Origin: Euprymna scolopes
Taxonomy: Eukaryota
Direction: 5' to 3' (one strand)
Length of the DNA stretch: 64,000 bases
Assembly: GCA_053919585.1 (NCBI GenBank)
Contig: CM132789.1
Under the pieces are notes generated by a model that did not search any database, was not told the origin of the DNA, and saw nothing but the letters and a program-made list of their open reading frames with translations. Below, piece after piece: positions 14,330-26,650 of the stretch (positions within the stretch are counted from its first letter, which is position 1; each line of letters opens with the position of its first letter). The position numbers were made by a program, and so were the translations under genes.

Positions 14330-17153
14330 CTAACCTAACTTCCAAAACTGAACCCCAAGATCACCATGGGCATGGAATATGTGCCTATATAAAAGATGGC
14401 TTTCCATGTGGTAGGGACATCTCCAGAGAAGATCCTAACTTGCCCTATATGTGCTTCCGAGTAGCACTAGCTCACACTACGGCATTTATATTTACTCTCT
14501 ATCGCCCCCATAACAGCGGAGTTACTATCTTTAAAAGCATATCTGAGAAAATTGACCAAGTTCTATCAGCATATCCTTCAGCTAACATTCACGTATGTGG
14601 AGACTTCAATGTTCACAACGTCGAATGGTTGACCCACTCAAACAAGACCGATGATGAGGGGAGATTCTGTCATGATTTCTCCATTGCTTATGACCTCACT
14701 CAGATTGTTCACGAACCCACCCGTGTTCCCGACAATGACTGCCAGTATGCAAGTCTCCTAGACTTCTTTCTCACAACTTGCCCTGAACTATGTTCAGTTT
14801 CCGTTCTGTCTCCTCTTGGATCTTCTGACCACTCAGTGGTATACCTTAAGATAAAAATGAAATGTAATAAGTCCTCTGACGTACCTCTCCATCGTACAGT
14901 ATACCGATACTCTATGGTTGACTGGGATAGTTTCCGTACATTTATATCGGATCTTCCTCTGCGTTCCATGTTTAAAAAGGATGTGTCGTCTATAGTATCA
15001 GACCTGACAGAATAGTTAATTGTAAGTATAGACAATTTCACACCCTCGAAAAAGTTCCAGCAAAAACCTAACAGTCAGCCATGGTTTTCTCCAGAATGTG
15101 CTGCTGCTATTGCGCACAGAAATCACTTTTTCCACTGCTTCCAACGTAATAGATGTATGGAAACTAAAGCCGCTTTCAGGACTGCCAGCAACCATTGTAA
15201 GAAAGTAATAAAGAACGCAAGAGAGGTGTATGCTCAGTCCGTCAAGTCCAAAGTAGCTGAGCAGCGGCTTGGTTCCCACCAGTTTTGGCAAATTGCAAAC
15301 AGAATCTTGAACAGAAGCGTGTGCTCCATCCCAACTATCATCAATGGCCTGAGTTACTCTCGTCAGCATCAGACAAAGCCAAACTCTTTGCCAAGAACTT
15401 TACAGCTAATTCGACCTTTTGCGACCAAGGCTGCCAACCCCCATTATTTCCTCCTGTATCAGAAAACACACTATGTGATATACAAATATCTGTATGTGAT
15501 GTTGCCAAGCTAATCAAAAACCTTGATTCCAGTAAAGCAACCGCCCCTGACGATATTCAAATTATAGTACTCAAAAAACTTCAACCAGAACTAGCACGCA
15601 TACTTACAAAACTGTTTAAACGTTGTCTTAAGGAGAATTGCTTCCCATCACCCTGGAAAATCTCATCAGTATGCCCTGTATTTAAGAATTCAGGTGATCG
15701 TTCATCCCCCTCTCAATACAGGACAATAAGTCTCCTGTGCGTCATGAGTAAGTTGCTGGAATCTGTGTTAAATAGAGAAGTAATCAACCATCTCAGTAAA
15801 AATAACCTTCTTAGTGACACACAATATGGTTTCCGTTCTGCTAGATCTACAGCAGATGTGCTTACAGTTATATCTCATAGGATTAGAGAATCTCTCGACA
15901 GAGGCAACCTTTCTAGGGCAATTGCTCTTGACATATCAAAGGTCTTTGATTGGGTATGGCATAAAGGTTTACTTCACAAGATCTCCAGCTATGGTATTGC
16001 TGGAAATGTCTTCTCAATTATTAAATCATTTCTCTCTGGTAGGTTCATAAGAGTAGTAGTTGATAGGCAAAAATCAGAAGCTCACAGTATAAATGCTGGA
16101 GTCCCTCAGGGATCCATCCTGGGCCCAAGTCTTTTCCTGATCTACATTAATGATCTTCCAAATCACATCCTTACATCATTCGTAGACATTTTTGCTGATG
16201 ACACTACCATCTATGGTAGCACATCTAAGACAGTAAACGACCACGTTCTCTCTGATTCTCTCTCCTCTGATCTTGATCACGTTGTACAATGGGGAAAGGA
16301 GTGGCTGGTTACTTTTAATGCATCTAAAACCAAGCTTCTCTCTTTACATCATCAACATTCTGATCCCCATCTGGCATCAATTGAAATGAATATCTCTCGT
16401 ATTGGGTAGGCCTCAAGTTTTGACAGGCTTCTGGGCTTGACCTTTACTCCTGATCTAAAATGGAATACGTATATCAAATCTGTTGCCAAGGTCGCTGGAA
16501 AAATGGTCGGATCCTTCTATCGATCCAGTAGATATCTCACTGCTGATGCAATTCTCTATCTATATAAGAGCCAGATACGTCCAGGGATGGAGTACTGTTG
16601 CCACATATGGGCAGGAGCTGGTAGAAAAGACTTGTCCTGCCTTGATAGAGTTCAAAATAGACTTCGGGGCCTGGTGGGAGATGTCTTTTTCTCTTCGCTG
16701 CAACCTCTGTCTCACAGAAGAGATTTTGCGAGTTTGTCTCTGCTTTATCGGTCTTTTCATGGAAAGTGTTCAACTGAGCTTCAATCTATGGTCCCCCCTC
16801 GCCAAACTTTCACAAGAAACACTAGACTAGCTGAAAACATTATCAATAATTTTCCCCACTCTTTATCTGTACCTAAACCTAAACATAGATTCCATGATCA
16901 AAGTTTCTTCCTTAGAACTGCACGCCTGTGGAATTGTATTCCGTTTTCCTGCTTTCCAGCTTTCTACAATATGGTTGTCTTCAAGTCCAACGTGAACCAG
17001 TTTCTGATGAGCCGTTCCACTTAAGTTAACAAATTTACCGAACTTCCATTACTATCGATTACTATATTGCCATTTTGACTAATCTACACTCTATAACCCT
17101 TATCCTTGAGCGGCCTATCGGCCTTGATAAGTGGTGACGTCTATGTAAAAAAA
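14330..17153 (+). mobile_element. Near-complete CR1-group LINE ORF2 (APE endonuclease plus RT) with 3' UTR stem-loop and A tail; broken by two stops and a frameshift
   Basis: LYRP, CGDFN, LLDFFL and GSSDH (endonuclease); YRTISLL, QYGFR, LDISKVFD, GVPQGSILGP and FADD (RT); YCCHIWAGA C-terminus; stops at 15013 and 16407, frameshift near 15350. Confidence 0.95.
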
Positions 17154-17382
17154 GGTATCTAGAACATTGGTACATGACATAAAAAGATTTTATTTTGATC
17201 ATAGTAAAATGTAGATACTAGAGATCCTTATTCAATCCCGTCTACTTTACTTGTTTGTTCACATAGGTAAATTATGATAAAATATTTTGCAGAAAAAAAA
17301 AATCGATGAAGGAAATTAAGATTTCATATATGAGATTTTATATACATGCATATATGTCCATTTATATATGAGTATTGATACA

Positions 17383-17698
17383 TGTGGGGAAACCCTTAAC
17401 TTACCTGAATAGCACGAGTTTCGTGTATTTTTAGCTGTAAGAAAAAAGTTAAAATGCCGATGTCGCATTTATATTATGACGGTCATGCAAATTTGCGTGT
17501 AAGATATGAAAATTCAAGGAAACAGAGTTTGTTGAACGGGTATAAAAGAGGAAGGGAAAAGAATCACCGGCGGGTGGAAAGACAGCGTGTTAGGAAAACG
17601 CGTGTCGAAACGAAACTATTTAACCAAATCAGAAAATACGGAACAAAAAAATTGACTCGGTTCAAATATTGTAGAAGCTATTACGGACTTTTATATCA
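17383..17698 (+). repeat. 5' LTR of the Gypsy element
   Basis: Begins TG, ends CA, aligns by eye with 19402-19710. Confidence 0.85.
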
Positions 17699-19401
17699 AA
17701 TTTCGGTGGTGAAAACCAAGATGTTTGATGCCCGGTTGATTCCGGAATTTAGTGGTTCTGCCGCCGATATGCCCATTATCGAGTGGATTGAAAATGTGGA
17801 GCTTTTGTGTGAGCTTTGCACCATGAAAATGTTGAGCATTGAGATTGCGAGGTGGAGCTCTGTCGATATACAGACCACTTAGTATAGAGTAGAAAGCAGA
17901 CACAGAAGAGATCAAGCAAACCCTTATAACCACGTATGCTACTGGTGCATTTAATACATATGACCAGTTTGTCACTCTAAAACTTTGCCCTAACGAGGTG
18001 GACGAGTTTTCTGCTGAGCTGAGACGCCTGTCCTGGTTAGTTGTGTGACCGTTGCCCGACAGGTGTGGTGGATCCAACCACTTCGCGACAGACTACTTAC
18101 AGAATCACCAAAAGTGGTTGAACAGTCGGGCGTGCAAAGTACGTCGTGAGAATTGTTGCTTCAGATGCAGTGGCCTTGGGCATATATCATCACGGTCAGG
18201 GAAACGCCGAAGGGGAGGAGGCAGTAGCATTAGTCTCCTCCCCGACAAACTTTACACTGACATTCTTCCCTCCATGAAAGTACGTGTAGATGGGCAAGAG
18301 TGTACGGCGTTAATTGATTCCGGGTGTTTACAACGTTGTGTGTCGCTTTTGGAAGCGGAAGACAGCAGGAGTACTGACAGCTGACAGAAGGAACAAAGCC
18401 GGTGCTTGGAAGTTGCGCAGCAGTAAGACAACTGGATGGGGACCAGCTGTCTGATATCCATCATAAAAGTGGACATCCAGGAGTAAAACGAACTCTATAT
18501 TTTGCCAGGATGGTGGACTTGCAAGTGTTCAAAGAAACTGCTAAATCTGTCGGGAAATCTGTGCGCTGGAAAATAATTTGTGTAAAGAAGAACTGGGACG
18601 GACTGGTAATGGACGTAACTCACCACAATGAACAGATACGACCACTGTAATCTGACAGTTGGAGAGTATATTCCTTGATCGAGGCCCATCGACGGAAATA
18701 CTGAGCGACAACGCTACTGCTTTCACCAGTTATTTGCAAAAAAACTTAGGACATACATCTGCGATTTCGATGTGCGTACTCACCAAGTAGAAATGGTATT
18801 ATAAAGCGAAGTCATATAACCATTAAGACCATCGCAGCCAGAAAGAACCTTTCAAAACTGGAGGCAGTCTACTGGCACAACGTCGTCCCAAAGGATGACG
18901 TTTCGTCTTCCACCGCACTAGAGGACGTGCTACATAAATAGCATGTACGAATCAAAAGTATCGAAGCTAACCCACAGCCCAAACCAGAAGTGACCGGAGG
19001 GAAGTATGAAAAAGGAGACATCGTTTGGGTTAAAGATCCACGTGTCAGGTGCACAACGAAATATAACACTGGTCGGGTTACTGAAGTGATCAGCCTGCAG
19101 TCTGTGAAAGTTGATGGGGTGACTATGCACGTTAAAGACCTTCGACCAGTAACCTGGAGGCACTTGTCAAGGGACAAAAGTGATTCTGAGGACAATGAGC
19201 GGCTAATCTATTTTAATTCAGATCCGCTTGAGAGTGATTCTGATTCTATCAACCTCCCAAATGATGAGGTGTCTACTAAAAGTCCACCCAAAGACGAGCG
19301 TACGAACGAAACTCAGGGGCACGTTATTCCTCTTCGAAGAAGTACCCGATAGTGACGGATACTAGCTCCCTGCATTCTTTCTGATCATGAGATCAGGGGG
19401 G

Positions 19402-19710
19402 TTTTGGGGAAATCCATAACTTATCTGAATAACACGAGTTTGGTTTTTTTTTTCGTAGAAGAAAAAAAAAGTTAAAAATGCCGACGTCACCTTCATATGT
19501 ATGACGGTCATGTAAATTTACGTGTGAGATATGAAAATTAGAGAAGACGGAGTTTGTTGAACGGGTATAAAGCAGGAACGGAAAAGAACCACCGGCGAGT
19601 GGAAATAAAGCGTGTTGGGGAAATGCGTGTCGATACGAAACTATCGAAACTAAATTAGAAAACACAGAACAACAAATTTGACTCGGCTCAAATACTGTAG
19701 AAAGTGATTA
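19402..19710 (+). repeat. 3' LTR of the Gypsy element (3' end lost next to a CA/TA microsatellite)
   Basis: Follows the PPT; shares blocks such as gagtttgttgaacgggtataaa and ttgactcgg.tcaaata.tgtagaa with the 5' LTR. Confidence 0.85.
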
Positions 19711-19736
19711 TGTATGTATATACATACACACCACAG

Positions 19737-19826
<90 letters not shown>

Positions 19827-20265
19827 AATAAATGGAAAAAAGGTATATTCCAAAATTCATGATCTTGAAAAGTACATAGATTTTATAAAGTATGTTGAGA
19901 AAGACTTTAGCAAGAGTTAAACATATTTACTATTTGGAAAAGAAACACAAATAGAAGTGAAAGTTCCTAAATAGGCGGAGTTTTGAAGAAATACTTCTTT
20001 CTTGTCAGAGGGGAGGAGTTTGCAAAATATCTCCCACAATTGTCTCTAAAGTATTTAAAGAAATAAAATATGAAAAGGATCATACTGGCTTTAAAATAGA
20101 ATGTAGGACAATGAAACAGATGAGTGGGGTCAAAAGACAAAATGGTTTTACGTGGGATGGTGTTTCCATGGTTATTGAGTCCAAAATCCGGTGAAATCAG
20201 GAAAGTGGATTCAAATAAATAGAAACATTAAAAAATCCCCTATACATATTTTTAAATACACCCAT

Positions 20266-20942
20266 CTAAGACTGAAATGAAAATGTTATCTTGTAAACAC
20301 AGTTGTTCGCTATTTCTCTTCTACAGTTTAATAGATGTGTGGGTTCTTTAAAGTACAGGATAGAAAATTTTTCATGAAGGCATAATCTACATGGTTCGTC
20401 GAGATCTCTACACGTGGTAGCTTGTCTTATTATTTTGCATTCGACTATCGGCGAATGTCCGTTTTCCTTGAGTTCCCAGTATTTATTTGCTAGCGTTGTT
20501 TTCATACGGTGTTTTTATTGTTGAATGTACTTTAGTGGTCATAATAGCGAGTTTTTAAATCTAAGGAAGTCATACCTACATAATATTTCTTGTCATAACT
20601 ACGTAATATTTCTTGTTATTCGGGTTTTCTTTAGCAAATATTGTGGCCTGGTAAACTACGCTTTTGGTTAGACATTTATTTTTAAGAGGGCAAAATATGT
20701 CAACAATAAAATACACCGTATGAAAACAACGCTAAAAATAAATACTGGGAACTCAAGGAAAGCGGGCATTCGCCGGTAGTCGTATGGAAAATAATAAGAC
20801 AAACTACTACGTGTAGAGACCTAGAAGACCCATGTAGATTATGCTTTCATGAAAAATTTACTATCCTGTACTTTAACGAACCCAACATCTATTAAACTGT
20901 AGAAGAGAAATAGCGAACAACTGTGTTCACAAGATAAAATTT
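20266..20942 (-). mobile_element. Penelope-like GIY-YIG fragment with a ~240-bp inverted duplication
   Basis: CPLKNKCLTKSVVYQATI..YVGMT..LKTRY..; CRLCLHEK (ORF 20266-20505); 20281-20524 recurs inverted at 20700-20942. Confidence 0.88.
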
Positions 20943-23900
20943 ACTCTAAGATAGCGATACAAAAATAACAAAAACAATAGAAAATAAAAAAAATTAATTC
21001 ATTAAATAAACATGAATATACATAAACTATCACACATATATGTATGCATTTATGTATGTGTGTATGTGCATATATGTATGTGCATATATATATTTATATA
21101 TAAACTAACATAGAAAACCCTAACCTAGATTTAAAACAGGTCAATAAACTAGATATCCAGGCTAAATAGAGCACACACAAAGGAACATTGTCACATTTTT
21201 ATAGTAGCACAATATAACACTCTAAAAACTAATATAAAAACTGAATATAATAGATTTTAATTATTTTTTCTATATTTTTGTGTTGTTTTGTATACAAATG
21301 ACTTATGTTGTTTTATATAGGAAACTTGAAAAAAATAAAAATCTATTTTATTACTGTGTAATAATTAATCACTATGACTAGAGTGACACTTATGGCTAGA
21401 TCTCCGATTTTATGCAAATTATACTTTGAGACATTTACTTTGTCTAAATGTTGAAATCTATGTCAATCGGCAAAACCTTAAATTATTTTAGCTGAAATAT
21501 AAAGAGTTGCCTTGAAAATAAAACGAATAGCACCCAAATAAAGTTATATATTTATAAAAATCGCTCCATATAAGGCACAAAGTAAGTTAACTTAAACAAC
21601 TAACCACTGACAGGTAAACTCCTGGTCGCTAATAAATATTATAATGACTAAGAATACAAGAATTATTCTTTGTTTTATGTTAGAAACATTGCTCATAAAA
21701 TATGGGAACCAAAGGACAAAATAATGAATGCGAGAGTTACCAGGTTGCGGAAGATAAACTCAAGGTTCATTTTCTTCTCTCCAATTATAGACATCCTTTT
21801 TAAATTGTTTGCAGCTATAAACGATGTTAGATGTTCCATAACATTGCCAGGATATAATTAGTTGTTATTTCATCTACTTACATGTTTGTTCTCGATCATC
21901 CTTACGTACAAACCATGTTTTTTTATTTCTCATATATCAAAATATTCTATTCACCATCAATCAAACTATTATTCTCTAAACCTATGTAAACCGCACCATA
22001 TTTTTTCTCGCCCAAAACCAGGCATATTAACATTTGATTAAAGAAGTTGATATTTCAGATCGTATCTAATCGGGATATTAACACTACTGCAGGTTAGTAT
22101 GGGCTGGGAAGCAGGAAATGGAAGGAACTATTTAATTATATTAGTCTCATTGAAGAAACTATATGAGTAGAAGGATTTTAGGCATCTCGAAATCATAACA
22201 GGGAAGGAGTGCTATTTTGCTACATACCGTGTTAGTCTGGAGTGTATACATCGTCGGGGCACAAGTACTATGAACAAATCAGTGTATATTCGATTCAGAT
22301 ACTTGTAAAACAGGTACAGGATTGCAACATTGTGGAGATGTGACAGAGGTTGGGGTTTAGTTGATAGTGTAAATGCTATTAGATAAATGACTCTTTGGGG
22401 ACCATTCTACTACTGAGGAATTAGTAGTTAATGCACAGACGCTGATTTGACTACAGCACTATGAATGATCGAATGGTAGCTATACAGGAAGTATACGTTA
22501 GACTCATGTGTGATATATTTTCTCGTAAGGCAAAGAGTGTCAACCTTGTTTGTTCTCAATGAATATGCTCAAATTAACGAGGTTAGCTGAACCAAATTTA
22601 TGTAATTTAACAATATTGTATGTATTAAAAAATCAAAGGTATGCGGAAAATATTGGGTTTTCTTGGGCAAACACGCGACAATTATAATTGAGGTGCTTAA
22701 TTTACAGTTGTTCCCGTATTCCTTTTTTTATGTAATTCATACATTCTGTAAGAAAATATTGCACATATTGTACAATATATACGTCGATAAAACTCTTTAT
22801 TCTTTGCTGGTAAAAATGTATTAAATAGAAAACAGGCCGTATGTAAGTGAAGTTATATTAATAATCGTTATGTTAATGTTGAATATATAGGTATACCATC
22901 TTTCATTTTCACAATTCCAAATGAATTAGGACTTTCTGCACATTTATACCTTCCTGGCTTCTTTACTGGATTTTTTTTCTGGATTATTTTATACTTTTTT
23001 CACCAAATAATTCATATATGCTGGCTGCCTTTTTCATTCAAAACAATAATTGCGAGGAACAGCTTTTAAAAATAGTCCTTTTTGTATTTGTGTTTTGTTT
23101 TACTTTAATCCATCGACAAACATATCCTCATATTGAGTGATAATTTTTTAAAAGCATTCCGTAGGCTGAAATCCTAATAAGTACTTTCTTTGACATCTTT
23201 GCCTCTTTAAATTATTATCGCTTAAGATACAATTTTAGAAAATAAAACCAAGTTCCGGTTAAGAATATAATGAATCACTAGCAATATATTGTTGCCAAGA
23301 GAATTTAAAATAGCGAAAATTATTTTGAGTGGATTTTAATTATTTAAGTTACTAAAGCTGAATGGCAAGTATTTTTTCCTGTTAAAATTCATACGTTTAT
23401 CCAAATTGACTTAAAAATCTACATTTTCCGGTCATCGTAAAAGGAAATTACGGCACTGAAATAGAAAAAAAAACGAATGCCATATGGTATTAAAACTCTT
23501 GAAAAAATAACCTTTTAGAATGAAATGATGATATATATTATACACGTGTTTAGGTGTACATTACCAATCGCCTATATTCAACTATCCACACACACACACA
23601 CACAAACACACATACATACACACACACGCACACACATATATATATAATATTTAATAAATATTGACAATTATTAAAGAATATCATAACCTACTAGAAATGT
23701 GATAAGAAGATGGTTGAAATTGAATGATGACCAACAAATATTTCATATTCCCGTATTTTTATTGCCACCTATTTTCAAGTCAAATCCATTGATTGCCTGC
23801 ACTTGTTGGGGACCCATCAGGGTGCACTAGGGAAAAGCTTACCCCCCCACAGTGACGTAGTCAACAATACATTATAGTCTACATTGCACTGTAGTAAACC

Positions 23901-23986
23901 TACTGTTGATTTAATAAAATTATTTCTATATAAGTTTGGATTTAATTTCAAATACAAAACTAAAGTATTATACTTCAGTTTTTTTG

Positions 23987-24050
23987 TTTTTTTTTTACAC
24001 AGTGATCACCACTTATCAAGGCCCGGAAGCCACTCAGGGATAAGGGTTAA
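23987..24050 (-). mobile_element. Isolated 3' end (stem-loop plus poly-A) of the CR1-group LINE
   Basis: Reverse complement taacccttatccctgagtggcttccgggccttgataagtggtgat..taaaaaa matches 17094-17153. Confidence 0.85.
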
Positions 24051-25759
24051 TGCTCTTTTCTTTCGTTGTGCTCTAAACAGAAACATTCATTTCGAACGTG
24101 CTCCTATCATATCAAGGTACTTACTGTTCATTATATATGTCGAGCCTTTCGGCTTGTGCCGCAATAAAACTTCTGAAATGCACCTGATGTTAGGTTGTGT
24201 AAGGTGTTAACTTCGTTTCAAATTGAATGTGCGCGCTTTTATCGGATTATTTCGATTATCGATTATAAACACTTATTGAAGACATTTTGATAGAAAACCT
24301 ATATAAGAATACTGCCAGGCACATAGCGTTCGCTCGACTGAAAATTCTTAAAAATAGGCACAGCCATTTTAGAGTCCATAGAGAAGGGACTCGCAGAGAC
24401 ACAGGTACACATAATTCCTTTTGTATAGAAGTATGGACAATAATATAACTCAATGAATATAGTATATAATAAAATACTGTAATAGATAAAGAAAACAAGC
24501 ACTACCCGCTAACCGGCGTGGCCCGAAGGAAGCGTGTTCTCCCTCGAAAAATATTACAGTTCGGCTGTTCCCATTGTTATTGTTTCGGAATAGACACCCC
24601 AATGGTTAGAACGGCTATCAGCAGTAGACAGCCTGGGTGGAGAGAGGCGCAAAACAGAAAACATCCATTTAGCCGCCGAAGCTGTGGTAATGGTGACGAG
24701 TTACTTCCCGACCTCCGCAACTGAAGTAAGTTCGTCTCCAATTTTTATTAACAAGCGGAAATTTATATGAGAACGAAAACATAGGACCATATCCTAAGGA
24801 AATAAAAGGAAACTTCTTTCGTTAGTTGTCATTTATTAATTTGTTTATTAATACAGCAGTACTTGGTTTTAAATATTTCACTTACGACCATAACCAACAA
24901 GAAATAAAAGCAAAATAAAAATAAACAAACAAAACAAATAATAGGACACATAAAAAAAAACAAATGAACCTTTATCGTGCCATTTCGTTAAAAAAACAAA
25001 TATAAAATGGAAACGAAGACAATGCAACTGATTTTGATAAAAAAAGCACGAAATGTTATACGTATTTATCTCAAGGCGTAGCCTTGTTTAAATATAAATA
25101 TTTCAACCCCTTATAATTATCCCTAACATAGGGGCGAACGTGAAACCCGGTCCTCTTTTTTACTGTTTCATCACAATGGCACCGAAATAACGTCGTGTTT
25201 TGTTCTCTTTGAACCAAATAAGGGAAACGGTAATGAAATTAGGTCAATTCCTTACGATTATTCTCTCTCTCTCTCCGCCGTTACGATGATTTTATATCTT
25301 TCTCTTTCTCTTTCTGTCTCTGTCTGTCTCTCTATCACACTGCCTCTCTTTGTCGCTTTCTCTCTTACTCCTGTTTCGCTAATCTGTGTGAATGTAAATA
25401 ACACAGAAATAACGCTTTCTCTGACTTTTCTGTCTACTTATCTGTCTCATTCTCTCTCCCTGTGAACACATTAAGAGAGACAGAGAGAGAGAGAAAGAGA
25501 GAGAAAGAGGGATGGCCAGAGTGAGAGAGGGAATGAAAAGCAAATACTTCGTGCTGTCCAATAATCGCTTTAGTTAATGTAAAACGCCGACCTCCTGTAT
25601 CTGTAGACACCATGTTGGATAACGGCATGCGCGTTCGTTTTGGTATACAGAATTGTAATTTGGAATAAGGGATTGGTCTGATTTAATGGAAGCTGTAAAA
25701 TTACTAAAAGAATTATTTAATCCGAATATATCTCTTTTCAGTGATTGCAGCAATTCGAA

Positions 25760-26130
25760 CAAACGTCGAAGTGAAAAATATGGCAGCAAAATCATTAAAG
25801 AACTACCGGTAACATAGTCGGACATTAAAAGAGAAACCGATAAAGATGAATATATAAATGATATAAAAGAAAAAATTATAAACGGCAAAAAGGTTCAGGA
25901 AATGTTTTCCATATGTAACGATGTGTTATTATATAGCGAGAGAGTAGTAATACCTAAAACGTTGCAGAAGGGGATTTTGAGAGACTTCCACACAGAACAT
26001 CCGGGGATAAATCGAATTAAGTCTCTAATGAGAAGCTACGTATACTGGCGTAACATAGACGTCGACATAGCTACAACAATAAATAGATGCGAAAGATGCC
26101 AGTTAGCGGCAAAATTATTTGTGATTAATT
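25760..26130 (+). mobile_element. Ty3/Gypsy integrase zinc-binding (H2C2) fragment
   Basis: LLYSERVVIPKTLQKGILRDFHTEHPGINRIKSLMRSYVYWRNID..CERCQ. Confidence 0.88.
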
Positions 26131-26645
26131 TACTCTTGTTCCCAAATCCTAACTTGTATCCTACTCATTCACTATTAATCTTGAACCCAATATTATTTGA
26201 TGGTTATTTACTATTTTCTCAACTTCATCTTATTTACTATAGATTTACTATTAATCTTAAACAAAAATTATTTGCTATTAATTCACAAACCCAAAGTTAG
26301 TTGACATTAATTCACTATTGTCCACACACCCAAACTTATCTATTAATTCACTATTAATCTCAAACCTTATATAATTTACTATTTACTTTTTATTTTCCCA
26401 ACTCTAAAAGCTTTTACTATTAATTCACTATAAACCTCAATCCCAATAATATTTGCTATTAATTAATTTTTTCTTAACTCCAAACTGATTTGCTTATAAT
26501 TTACTATTATTCTTGAATCCAAAATTATTTGCTACTTATTTACTATTACTCCAAACTCTAAACCTTATTGCTTTTTATTCACTATTAATCTCAAGCACAA
26601 AATTATTTTTGATTAATTTACTATTGCTCTAAAACCCAACTTTAC
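26110..26645. repeat. Degenerate ~38-bp AT-rich minisatellite
   Basis: Recurrent ttattaattcactattaatctc/aaacc motif. Confidence 0.75.
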
Positions 26646-26650
26646 TTTAC

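Larger units (their letters stand above)
17383..19710 (+). mobile_element. Internally deleted Ty3/Gypsy LTR retrotransposon (gag, protease, integrase; no RT or RNase H)
   Basis: Two diverged LTRs; zinc knuckles CGGSNH and CFRCSGLGH; protease ALIDSG; integrase IHHKSGHPGVKRT and EILSDNA; C-terminal GDIVWVK; PLRRSTR; polypurine tract agggggg at 19395-19401. Confidence 0.9.

Noticed and set aside
21650-23220. Coding-like minus-strand stretches (possible viral or Maverick remnant)
   Set aside because: Many stops and no motif I can recognise; a tblastx search would be needed
24500-24731. GC-richer patch with ATG (24690) and a GTAAGT donor (24726), a possible first exon
   Set aside because: No downstream exon or homology can be identified
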